Assembly: GCA_964234715.1 (NCBI GenBank)
Contig: OZ174290.1
DNA from: Podarcis melisellensis
Taxonomy: Eukaryota
DNA: 64,000 nucleotides
Direction: 5' to 3' (one strand)
The notes under the pieces: generated by a model
Told to the model about the DNA's origin: nothing
Seen by the model: only the letters and a program-made list of their open reading frames with translations
Database searches by the model: none
Translations under genes and position numbers: made by a program
Shown: positions 12,001 through 23,990 of the stretch, piece after piece
How positions within the stretch are numbered: position 1 is the first letter of the stretch
How the letters are laid out: each line of letters opens with the position of its first letter

Positions 12001-15000
12001 ACTCTGAGAATCTTCAAACTCTAGCCTAACAATACAGAGAAGTTTCCCCTGGAAAAGATATTGGCAGTTCAAAGTGGTGCCCCAACCTTAGTTGTGGCTG
12101 TATAGCCTTCCTCTTCCATCCAGTCGGAAGCTTCGCTCAGCTTCTTGGAAATTTCCTCTCGCTCTTCTTCTGTTGAAACAAACTTATACTCCTCCTGTTG
12201 TAGCTTATCCTGGTAAAAGAGACACACACACAAAATCAATCTCTCTGATGTTCTTGTCACTTATGGGAACATTCATCAAACTGGAGTCTTAGGCTTTGTT
12301 CGCTTGTCCTCCTGACAGAAATTTAGCCAAAGGCGACACAGCAGCCTCCCTGACCTATTCCAAATTTTCTTAAAGCTCAAGTTGCAATAGTGCTGCAACT
12401 TTACACAAAAGACAAGATACACATAAGTTAAATGGCAGCATAGAAATAATTTTATGGGGGTGGGATCATCGGCAACAAGATGAACCCTATAAAGCCATCT
12501 ATGCCCTCTGATCCTTTTCCTGGGACATACCTGAGTCTCAAAGATGAAAGGACCTACCTGAGTCTCAAAGATGAAAGCCTCAAGGCCATTGGCTGACTTT
12601 TCCCTCTCATGCTTTGCTATGTCTCTTTCAGTCAATTCTTGCAACCTGATGTTAGAAAAAGTTGGGAAGAACAAGGTACCCAAGGTCACAACCTTCTCTG
12701 AATGGGAGAAGACAAAAAACGTCCCCATGCACTGACTGCAAGCAGTCTCATCCCAGCCTACAGCTAGGGGGCAGAGGCAGCCCTGAAGATCCACCTACTT
12801 CTTAATGGAGTCCTGCAATTCTTCTGGCAGCAACTCTGGCACATCATTCACATCCAGCTCCACTGCAATCTCTTCCACCAGCTTTTGTTTCTTTGGCGGC
12901 TTCAGCTTTTTCTCCTCCTCCTCGGCTGCTTTGGCACCATTGCCCTCGGGGCTCTTTGTAGGCTCCTCATCCTTCCCAGTATCTGTCTTTTCTTGGGCTT
13001 CCTAGATGGGAGCAATTCCAGGACTAACAGAGGGCTGTTTTCAGCCACCAGCTAGAGCCAACATTTGACAGGTTTGCTTTAATTTTAAATTTAAGTTGGG
13101 CCGGCCCTGCCGTTAGGTAGAGAGGCAACTACCTCAAGTGCTAACTTCTGGGAACAGCCACCTACCAACCCCATTCCTTCCGAGTTCCCTGGCCATATCT
13201 TTCTGTTGTAAGATCTGTACCTGCATAACTACTCTTGCCCTCAGGGTTGGTGGAGGGCATTATTCCACTGGCAACGATGAAATAAAAAATTCAACTGTTG
13301 GTCCAGTCAGAGTTTGTATGTACAATTTGTTGTTGGTGGAAACCACCGTATTTGCTTCAGGTAGCAAAAGGTCTTGTAATGGCCCTGGATTCAGCCATCA
13401 CTTCCAGAAGCTAGAGTCCGCCAACCTAAAAACAGGCTCCGAACCATGTGGATGCCAAGTTTTCAGGAGAATTCTCACACAACCCCATAGGTATCAGACC
13501 TTAAAAGGAAGTTTCCCACCCTCTCCAATAAGTAGACAACTGTGGTTCAGGGGATTTGAAGCGTGAAAAAGTACTGTTCCCCACAATAACTTCACCCCTA
13601 CAGACGCCTTCTCATTTGTCTCCTATTGGATAAAAAGGGGGGGAGGCTCTTCAGTGACCCTCCTCACTGCTTGCTCACCTGGGAGTCTGATTTCTCTCTT
13701 CCTTCCTCTTGTTGGTCCTCAGCTGAAGCATCTTCAGCAGCTTTTTCCTGAGATGGAGATGGCGTTGGCGGCTTTTCTTCCTCCTCACTAGCAGCCCCAT
13801 TGTCATCCTTCTGGTCCTCCTTACCCGCTTCCGCTTGGCTCTCCTCTTCCTCCTGGGCAACAGAGGGGAAATTCCCAAGGGTGTTATAAGAACCTTGCGC
13901 AGCTAGGCTTCTTCAGCCAAGACAGGCGTGACTCTGAAGGGACCCCGCAGGTCCAGCTACAAGCTCTGCCGCGACAGTCACTTGTCATGGATTCCTTCTG
14001 ACTCAAGTATTTATTATGGTTTTAGCCAAGAACACAGTGCCAATGAACAGGTTCACAGAACTCTTGAGACTAAGACCAGGATCCTCCCCTGATCTTTTTT
14101 CATATTTGTACCCCTTTTCAAGTCCCTGATGACATTTGCATTAGGCTCAAATCCTGCATCTTGCTGGCAGGCGCGCCACAGAACAGAGCTCACCTGAACA
14201 GTCTCAGTCAAGTTTTCAGATGTTTCTGGAACTGGGCTCCCTCCTCCAAAGAGACTAGAGATGGTGTTCCCAAGCTCTGCTCGAAAGAAGAAACATATTT
14301 AAGAAAGGTTTGGGTTCTACACACAGAAAACCTAGCTCCTGTCTGCCACCTGACCCATCCCCTCCTAAGGGACAGATCTTTGTCTCTGCTTAGTGAATGC
14401 CTTCATAATCTATGTGGTAGCCTCTCAATCTTGGGGTGGGTATTGGCTGGCAAAACAGCACAGGCCACCTCTGCCCCTGCAGCTGTAAAAACTACAATAC
14501 CCTCAACGAATGTGAAACCTCCATGTCTCTGAGTGCCAACAGTACCCTGGTGTGTACACTGCCTTGTTTCTCCAGCATACCTGATTACTAAAGGTAGCCA
14601 AGAACAGAGAGGCCCCACCGCAAGGAACCAGTCCCTGCAACCCCAGCTTGCTTGGTTGTAAAGCTGAGGGGCAAAGAGTTGGAAAGGTCTCATTTCCGAC
14701 CACTCAAAGTGATGCTGAAAACTGGGAAGGGGCAGATAAAGTCAAACTGCCTATATGGTACGAGAAGAGCTGTTGCTGCAACCCAACCAACTCACTTGTT
14801 AGCGTGGATTCCTCCTCTGGCTTGTCCTCCACCAGAGTCTCAAACACAGATTCTACCTGGGAGACAACACACGGAGCAGAATGAGACTGGAAGGCCCAGC
14901 AAGTGAGCCGGAGATGAAGGGCATTGAAGCGGTACTTACACGATCGAGGCTCAGCACACCACTCTCGTCCATGTTGAAATGAGCCTTGATGCCTTTGGAC

Positions 15001-18000
15001 TCGTAATCCAAATGTTTCTTGAAGCTCTCGCCCACTCCTTGCAGCTTCACCCTTGTGAGGTTCAAGGACCCAAAAGCTCTGCAGAAACCACACAAGGACA
15101 CACATTGGGATGGGTGAGCACAGCGGCTGACCACCCCTCCTTTCTGTTCCCATTCTCTAGCCCTACCACAGAAATCACAAAACCTTGTAGAAACACCGAA
15201 GGGCAGTAATGTAGGTATTTTATTTCCTGGATACTCAGCTGCAAGGGTACAAGTTCAAACAGCCGAGAACAAATTTGAGTTCCCAAAGCCGTAGCCACTG
15301 ACATAAACCTGAGTTCAGGCAGAATCATAAACTCTGAGGACATGAGTCAAGTTAAGCCTTTTTTAAAAAAATGATTTTATTAGGATTTTTCAAAATACTA
15401 TAGAAGACCAGACCAAAGCAGAAACAAGACACAAAATAAATATCAGAGAAAGAATATTTAAGAAAATAATAACAGAATAGAAAGATAAAGGAAAAGGTGA
15501 CAAAAATAAGTAAAAGGGACTTCCAGCTACCACATACAAGAGTTCCTCAAAACAATCAAATGTTCAATAAAGAGTAATATCCAGCTATTCCTCCCTCTGT
15601 CATGTTCTGCTTTTATTCCTTATGCAACCCCATCAATTCTTCGCTCCTTAGACCAAACTCCCGGGCAGCTGTAACTACCATAACAAAAGGGAAAAGGAAA
15701 ACAAGAGCCAGCATGCTCTGTTTTTTGTGGCTGACCCACAACTGCACTCACTTCAAGTCACTGTCACCCAGGAAGCCCATATCCGCGTAGTTGACATGGA
15801 ACTCAAAGTCATCTGTGTATCGGTTGAAGGTGATGACCTTCCGTTGGGGATACGGAGCCATGCGCTGGAACAGGATCCGCCGGTTGTGCTTAAGGCTTTT
15901 GGATTTATCCTCCTCTTCTACCTCACGGGTGAACTCAACCTAAGGTTAGGAGAGGATAAAGAACAGACTGTACCTCTTCCAGATTCTACCACACAGGAGA
16001 GCCAATTGCATGCCAACATTAAGCGACAAAGATCAGCACTTTTCTTGGGCTGCTTGAGACAGAATGCCAAGACAGGCTTTTTACCAACCCTCTCCCTGAA
16101 ATCCACAGCACTCTGATACTTGATAATGAACCACAGCTCACCTGGATGGGGAAAACAGCTGCATCACGGACAATGAAAGGCTTCACCTTAAAGGCTTTGC
16201 TCAAGGCAGCTGCTTGGTAGACAGCGCCCATTGCAGCTGCTTCATCTGCATTGATGTTCTTGCCCAGCTCATCCCTGTGTTGTCAACAGAAGAATTATTA
16301 GATGCTACCCTGCTCTGGACAGAGAATATTTTGAGGGGTGGGAGGCAGAAAGTACCACCAAAACTGGGCTGATGCTTACTTGCCAACTGCCTTTAGCAGA
16401 TATTCCTGCACCTTTGGGACGCGAGTGGCACCACCGACAAGGATCACCTGGTCAATTTCATTCTGGGAATTGGGGAAAGATAACAGGGTCTGACTCTCTC
16501 GAGCTTCAACTCTGTTACATTTTCTGAATCTACGAGTTCTGCTTGCACAGATGTAGGTGGCCTGGAAGGAGCAGTAAGTGCTTCCCACCATGGCCTACGC
16601 TGTGGAATTCACGCTGTTTGGTGAAAACTAGAGACCTTGTAACAAAACCATCCGCACTTACCAAACCGATCTCAGCACTGCTGACCGCCTGCTGCACAGG
16701 TCCTGCAACCCGCTGGAACAAATCAGAACACAGCTCCTCCAATTCCTGCCGTGAAACTTTGGCCTTGAAGTCAATATCATCCAGCAAGCCCTCAATCTAG
16801 GGAGAGAAACCAAGAGCATCTTATCTCACAGACACATCCAGCACTTCCTCTCTGAAGGCAGCACACTGCTTCTACTGTGCCTTCAAAACAGGCTAAGACC
16901 TTAATGAAATGTAGAAGCTTTTCATCTACATGTAAGCAGACAGCTGCTTACAATTGACTATAGCAGACTACGAAGGTTAGGCATTTTCCATGCACCCAGG
17001 CCACACCAAATGACACACACACAACCTACCTGGGCCACATGGTCAGCATTGGCACTTAGTACTGTTTTCACGCGATTGGCTTCCTTTAGCAGTTTGGCCA
17101 TGGCCCGGAGATTTTTCCGGACATCCTTTGATGGATTTTGCTGATTGAAGAGTTTGGCCAGATGGTCACGGAGGCGAAGCTCCATCTCCAGCCCCCCCAG
17201 TGTGCGATCAAATCTGAGGAGGAGGACGAGGTAGGCAGTGGAAGCAGCTACTCAAGCCAGCAGCCCCTTTGCGATGAAGCCCAGTAACTACCTCTCCAGC
17301 TACCACTCCTCTCAACAAGCTTGATATCTCTCTATTCCCTCCCACCCCAAAACCAGCATTTTGGTTTTCTAAACATCCTTCCACAAGAGCCCTGCAGCCA
17401 GATCAGACCACATGTCCATCCAAACCAGCATCCCAATCTTACAGTGGCTTATGGGCAACCGTCAAATAGGGAACAAATGCAATAGCACTTTCCACATTTG
17501 CAATTCCCAGGAAATCACTTTAAAAAGAAGGGGGGGGGAGGCATGTTGACTGCAGCTAGCCAACATGATCCATTATGCATTTGTTTGATTCTGCTTTGTG
17601 CAATACGCCTCCCAGTTTGGACCTTTCTACTTCAGATATCCTGCTCTCTCCTGACTCCCTAGCAAATTTAATTCCAAGAATCAAGCTCTTACCCAACACC
17701 CCGAATCTGAAGCTGAGGCTGGGTTCCCGAGTCCTTGGTTTTCACTGCTTGGTAAGTCACGATGGTACACACAGTGCTGCCTGCTCCCATGTCATAAAAC
17801 ATAATATTCTGGAAATCAATAAAGAACCAATGCTAAAGACAGCAGGCAACAGCAGGCACGGAGGTATCACAGTCTGAAGGATGGTACATGAATGTCTGTG
17901 GGAAGTCAGATCAGCCGTCTCTAAGCTTAAAAATATATACAAGAGTATGAAGTTGCCAGAGGAGCTGGGGCAATTCAGTTAGATGGGTGGGAATAATAAT

Positions 18001-21000
18001 AATAAGAAGAAGTCAGACTGTTTGCTCATCTGGTCTAGAGGTGGGTCAGCCCTCCAGCCCGCAGGCCTAATTAGACCTAACAAGGGTCCAAATTCGGCCC
18101 ATGAGGCTATTTTCTGCCAAGTATGCCCACCAGCCCCACACAAGATGTCATGTGTGATGTCAGGTGGGAGACAGGTAAAGATGCAGCTGACAAGATGCTA
18201 TACTGGGAGTCCTGAAGAATGCTCCAGATTGTGCATTGGCAAGGGAGGGTTTCTGTCCACAGCAATCAACTGACAAAGCAGGCATGTGGAACTCTTAACA
18301 GGCCTATGGTCTTGGTGACTCCAAGCCCAGTGGTTCAGATGTGCAACCAAGTTCTCCAGAGGAAGCTGAATCCAGAGAGCCAATCCCTGCAGAAAGCAGG
18401 TTTGGAGTCACTGCCTATTGGCCAGTAGGTACTAACTTGAAACTTAGCTTGGCTTTGGTAACACAGCTTGCCTTGCTACAAAGGATAAGTTGGTCACTAG
18501 ATTTCATAGTAATATCAGATGACTGACAGGTGAGTGGGCCCTGCTCGCTTGTGTATGTGGCTAGCTGGAATTAGGGGAATGCAGAATCTGTACATAAAAG
18601 TTTGGATTCAAACAGGCAACTCTCACTGACCAAGAAGACTGCCCTGCCCAAATTCCCTGTGTTTTCTAGGTAAGGTTACAGAGGCACAATGAGCTTGAGC
18701 CCTGGGTAAAAACCTCCCCCCTCCCGAGCCACACACACCCTCCAATTACTAGCACCTGGGCTGTAGCATTGATGTCCTTCCTTCGGAACACCCCATAGTT
18801 CAAAGCCACAGCTGTGTTATCGTTGATGAGCTGCAAAACCTTGAGATCTGCCATTTTTGCTGCATGCAGGACCGCTCTCCTCTCTGCCTGGTTGAAGTAG
18901 GCAGGGACAGTGATAACAGCATCCTTGACAGGCTGTTCTGTAAGATAAGGAGGAGGTATGGTGTCAGCTCCTGGTTCAGGTGCCTCTTCATTTTTATTCA
19001 TATGCTTGCTGACCCAAGAAGGAAAGACAACTTTTGTGCCTCAAACACTCAAGAGTCATTTCTAACCTGCAAATTCCTCTGCCAGTGCCCGAGAATAGTT
19101 GAGCACCATGCCCAGGATCTCTTCTGGAGTATAGTGCAATTTGCTGCAAGGAAGAACAAGAATGATAAATTCTAAATTCCTGATCCCAGCTGTGAAATGC
19201 ATCTTTTGAGCATGGGTGGGCCTCATCACTTCCACAAACCACTTGCCCATTATCAGGGCACATACCAAATACAAGCTGACCATGGCATTTGGCCAACCAA
19301 ATCTATGCAGCAGTACGCCCAAAGTGGCTTGCAGAGAGATGCCACAGCCTTTCTTGCTCAGCAGTGCCACGTGGCAAACCTCAAAGTGGAAACGTACTCT
19401 GACAGCTTGAAACTGACTGTCTCCCTCCTTGCATCTTTCACCAGCTCATGTTCTGGGAATCGTGACTGGTACATGGTCACTTGTGGGTTATCAATGCGCT
19501 TGCCCAGGAGATCCTGGAAATACCGGAAAGCCACTTTTGGGTTCTTGATGCCCTATTAAAAAACAGGAAAAACACACAACCATGCTGATTCTTCTGGAAT
19601 GTTCACCTATCCCCCATAAATTTCTTTTTAAAAGGCATACACGCCAGAAACCCTCAACAACTGAACTACTGAAAATACCCAAAGTGGCATTTAGGATCCT
19701 CCATTTCCAAAACCAAAAAAGTCACCGCATGCCAGCACTGGAAAAGTCCTTCTCTGGAAGATGAGCTAAACTGCCAAAGAGGACTTGTAGCACTGTCTCT
19801 TCAACAAATCTCAGTGGGGAGGAACATGTTATTGAAGCTGAAAGTGTAAAGAGGAAGGTGCAGCAGAGACAGGACCCCAGAAGAACAAGCCGTGTATGTA
19901 AATAAATACTCTTGGTATAGAAAAAGCAGAGGGGATGTGTGAGTGGACATCTAAGGGACTTACCATTCCCACAGCATTGTCACCAAAGAGGCGCTCATTC
20001 TCCTTTAGAGTTACAGCCACTGGTGTTTTTCTCCGAGATTCCCTAGAACAACAAGAAAAATTAAACTAGAACTGTTTCCTGGGGAGATAGGAAGTTGTCT
20101 AATAACCAGGCTAGGCTATTTATTCATCCAGCTGAAGCAATATTTCTGACTCAGGTCTGCTGTGGTTCTCCAGGGCCTCAGACCGAGGCACACTGTTCCT
20201 GTCGTCTGGTACCTAATAAATTTAAGGAGATGCCTGGGATTCAATACGCAACCTGCTACAAACAAAGCAGGTGCGCTGTCACTGCACAATGGCCCTGCCC
20301 CAGAAATTCATGGGGTCTAACTTCTGGGTTCCTTGGAGAAATGCAGAACTGGTTTTTAATGCCAGGATTCAGCACTGGAACAAGTGAAGAGAAACACATT
20401 GGAGTCTCTTCTAAATAACCACATCTGAGATTAGGGAACAATAAGTAAGGGCAAAAGAAAGTTACACCTATGGGAAGCTGCTCCATATTTTCTGTACTGC
20501 ACCACTAAGACATGGATTTATTCCTGCACTGTAAGTGGTTGGACTGGTTGAACCTTGGGGCACCTTTACAATTCTATGATGTGTCAAGCCCTCCAAAACA
20601 GTTATTGCCACAGTCACATTCATTGCAGCACATATTTAGCCCACTCACTTGTTTAAGACAATTTCCATTGGCACCCCAGGCTTCACAATGGCGATCTTCA
20701 TAGATTCACTACCCATGTCCACTGACATCACAGCCAATGAATCTGTGGAACAAAAGTATTGTGTCAAATGCACTTTCTTCCAGTAAGAACCTCAGACAAT
20801 ACCCTCCAGCCTCCTTCTAATTTCTAATGCTTAGCTGAATTGATAAGAAACAAAAAGCCAGTCTAAACACAGATGTGTTACAGCACAACCGGAGGATTCC
20901 ACCAGAAGAAAGTTTCACAGTACTGTATCATCCAGAGCATCTCATTTGTAGGGAAACATCTCAAAATATCTCTTTATCGCTAAGAATTTTTAAGCACCCT

Positions 21001-23022
21001 TCAACCATATTCCTAGGGAGGTTTATAGGAAGTAAATACAAAAAAACCCGCACACAATCAAAATGTAAATAAAATTATAAAGCTAAAAGCTACAAAGTAG
21101 TAAGAGCAACCAGTAGAATTAAAACTATGTCTACATGGAAATTAGGAGGCATCTTTCCTGTTACTAAAAGAAAAATAAACTAGATTCCAGAGACCCACCC
21201 AGAAGGCCTTCTCTCTGGTAGCTACTTGCTTCACCACAGATATGGGGGAACCTACAAGAGACCCTCCAATGAATATATCAATTTATGGAATTAATGAGTC
21301 CTATGAAAGCACTCAGTCCTTTAAATAGGCCTGCCCTTAAGACATGAAGGGTTTTGAAGGTGAAAAACAGCACTTGAACTGGACCTGAAAATGGACTGCG
21401 AGCCACTGTGGTTGGTATCACAGAGGCGTAATACAATCAATAATGCCCAGTCCAACATAAGTTATCTAGCGGTATGAATGGTGGTTTCCAAACAGACTTC
21501 AAGGCAGTCAATATGTGCCTTATGGACATGCGGCACTGACAGCATAGCCAAGGGAGGCCTTGTACTGGTTCTAAAGGGCACCTGGCCTCTAAGACCCATT
21601 GGGCCCAAACCACTCAAACACAGGATCAAATGCCAGCCAGGTTGAATTGTGAATCCTGCAATAGAAGGCTACCTGGAGGTGCAGACAATGGCACATAAAT
21701 CGCTAGCATGTTCCTGATAACTCAACAGCCTGCCCTATTCTGCACCAGCTGATAAGTATGAAATCTCCAAGGATAGTGCCCCCCATGCCAAATATTTAGT
21801 AGCCTAGCCTAGAGGTTACAAATGGCAGATAAATATCTGGAGTCAAAATCCAGGAAAAAGGGGTTATAACATTCTCAATTTTATTTTGAAAAATGGCTCT
21901 CTATTTACTTTAAAGTTAGTTTTGGTAAACACAAGTTATGGCATAGGTCTGAATAAAAAAAACTGAACCTCTGCTGGACGCCTACAAAAACAAGGAGCTA
22001 TTATTCTGGCCAATGGACCCCATATCAATACCAATAAATGTAATATCCAGGGGCCCCCAAAAGCTCCCTGCAAATTATAGCAAGACCTGCCATAATCAAC
22101 ACCTCTCCTAATATGGTCTCTGAACCTAAAATGGGCTATCATTTACATCACTGAAAGTGCCTCTTTTCAAGAACTGGTAAAAAAAAAAGATATGCAAGAA
22201 TGTACAACTGGTTCCTTTCTTTATGCGACACATTTTGTAAGGCTTAAATGTTGACACACATTTTCTACAGGAGGTGGCAAATGAAACATGCCACCACCAA
22301 ATAAATAAGTAAATGCAGTGCAGCATCAGCTGCATCCTTTAGAAAAGTTGTCCTACGGCCAGTTTCCGCATTCCAGTAGTTCATAATGAGTCCGACACCA
22401 GCTAAAATGGAAATGCTTTCACTCTCAGGGACATGACAGACTGTCACCTAAGGGCTACCTCAAGGTGTGCACAGAAGCGTCCAAGGAACACTCGGCCCTT
22501 CCTGCTGGTCAGTTTCGTCCCGCCCACCTACAAGATACACGTTAGCTTTTCAGACACCACTAGGTGAATAGCTCAGTCCTTGTGGGTTCGAGCCCCATGT
22601 TGGGCAAGAGATTCCTGCATTGCAGGTGGTTGGGCTTTATCAGGGTTCCCCAAATTTGGGTCTCCAGCTGTCTTTGGACTACAGTTCCCACCATCCCTGA
22701 CCATTGGTCCTAAAGGATAAGGATGATAAGTCCAAGATCAGCTGGAGATCCAAGTTTGGGAAACCCTGGACTAGATGGTCCTAGTGCTTCCTTCCAACTC
22801 CACCATTCTATGATTCTGAGACGAGCCGGATCAAACCACGCGACCAAAGGGCTCGCTCCTGCCCAACTCCGCTTAGCAAGCCTGATTCTTCGGCAACTTG
22901 CAAAACCACCAAGATCTTTCCCAGGTCCTTCCATGGGGGCGGGAGAAGCACCTACCCAAGTGCGCAGGCAGGGAAGCCAGCAGGAGGAGGGGCAGCAGCG
23001 GCCACACGCGTGCTGGAGCCAT
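9053..23022 (-). CDS. HYOU1: Hypoxia up-regulated protein 1 (ORP150/GRP170, ER Hsp70-family nucleotide exchange factor); incomplete at the gap
   Basis: Coding exons (minus): 22956-23022 (signal peptide [22 protein letters not shown]), 20649-20742, 19964-20042, 19398-19552, 19067-19143, 18756-18937 ([16 protein letters not shown]), 17693-17808, 17030-17213, 16662-16796, 16380-16462 ([14 protein letters not shown]), 16142-16274, 15752-15939, 14940-15078, 14796-14856, 14194-14276, 13679-13852, 12799-13001, 12558-12645, 12087-12209, 11472-11605, 10415-10499, 9915-9994 (runs into gap), 9053-9114 ([21 protein letters not shown]-retention signal). GT-AG boundaries and phases are consistent. Confidence 0.97.
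9715..9914. other. Assembly gap (200 N)
   Basis: Run of N that hides part of the HYOU1 3' coding region. Confidence 1.
22568..22817 (+). mobile_element. tRNA-derived SINE with CR1-like tail, interrupted by a hAT-type MITE (22641-22768)
   Basis: SINE head TAGCTCAG...GGTTCGAGCCCC and tail CCTTCCAACTC..ATTCTATGATTCT. MITE TIRs CAGGGTTCCCCAAA / TTTGGGAAACCCTG with a degenerate 8-bp TSD (GGCTTTAT/GACTAGAT). Confidence 0.75.
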
Positions 23023-23049
23023 CCTGACGATCGAGGGCCGCCAAACCCC

Positions 23050-23990
23050 GATGTGGAAACAAAGGCGAGGCGGCGTGGGCACTTTCCTCCGACAGACCCG
23101 GAACGGCGGCGAGGCCCGGCGCCAAGGTTCACCTGGAGACCCAGAGGTCCACCCACCCCCACGCGGAAGAGGCCGACCCCCGGGCGCCTCTAAGGGGGAC
23201 GCCGCTGTCTTCGGCCCGGCACGCCAACCGCTCCCTCCGGGGACTCCCTGCCCGCTCGCTCGCTCTGGGCTCGGACTCCGCGGACTCTCTCCCTCCCGCT
23301 CCGGCTGCCCCCCTCTCTCTCTCCCCTCGGCCGGCCGGTCTCCCGGACTCCCTGCCTTGCGAAAGCTGCGCTCCGCCCTCCTTCCCTCCCCGGAGCCGGA
23401 CGCGGCGCGAGCTCATTGGCCCGGCGGCTCCCCTCGCGCGCTCCCCATTGGGCCACGTCTCGGCCGCCGGGCGCAGCGGCCGCGGTCATTGGCCGAGGGG
23501 CGGGGCTTCCCAGCGTGGCGGTGGCAGCGACGGGCCTGACCGGAGAGCTCCTGAGCACGTGCAGACTGCGCGCTCTCCTTCGGCCACCCCCAGCACCTCT
23601 CTGATCTGTGCCGGCCCGCCAGTCAGTCACAGTCACACGCCTGCGGGCTCAGCGGGGATGCCTGCAATACCGCCGCGTGAAAACAAGGGGGCAGCGGCGC
23701 AAGGGCTGCGGGTCTTCTCTGCGCTTGCGCACTAGGGCGGGGGTTTAGAGACCCGGCGAACTACAAACCCCAGCAGCCTCAGCGCTAAGAGAAGCCGCAA
23801 CGCGGAAGCGGCATGGTCACATGACTCTCCTCCGGAGTTGGGCCTACCTGTCAAGATGGCGGCCTACCTGCAGTGGCGCCGCTTCGGCTTCTTCGACCGC
23901 GATGTCCTGACGGAGCCTGATGGGAAGCCCGTGCTGTTGCCGCCGGGCATCACGGTCTGCGACTCGGGCCGGGGCAGTCTCGTTTTCGGG
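23050..23990. promoter_or_regulatory. Shared CpG-island promoter of head-to-head HYOU1 and VPS11
   Basis: ERSE-like CCAAT-N9-CCGCG (minus, 23401-23419), exact ERSE-II ATTGG-N-CCACG (23447-23457), ZNF143-type AACTACAAACCCCAGCAGCC (23759-23778), CLEAR/M-box-like GTCACATGAC (23816-23825), YY1 AAGATGGCGGC (23853-23863). Confidence 0.8.

Noticed and set aside
22710-23735. Several 95-213 aa ORFs in the HYOU1/VPS11 CpG island
   Set aside because: Stop-poor GC-rich DNA; only the HYOU1 signal-peptide exon is supported.
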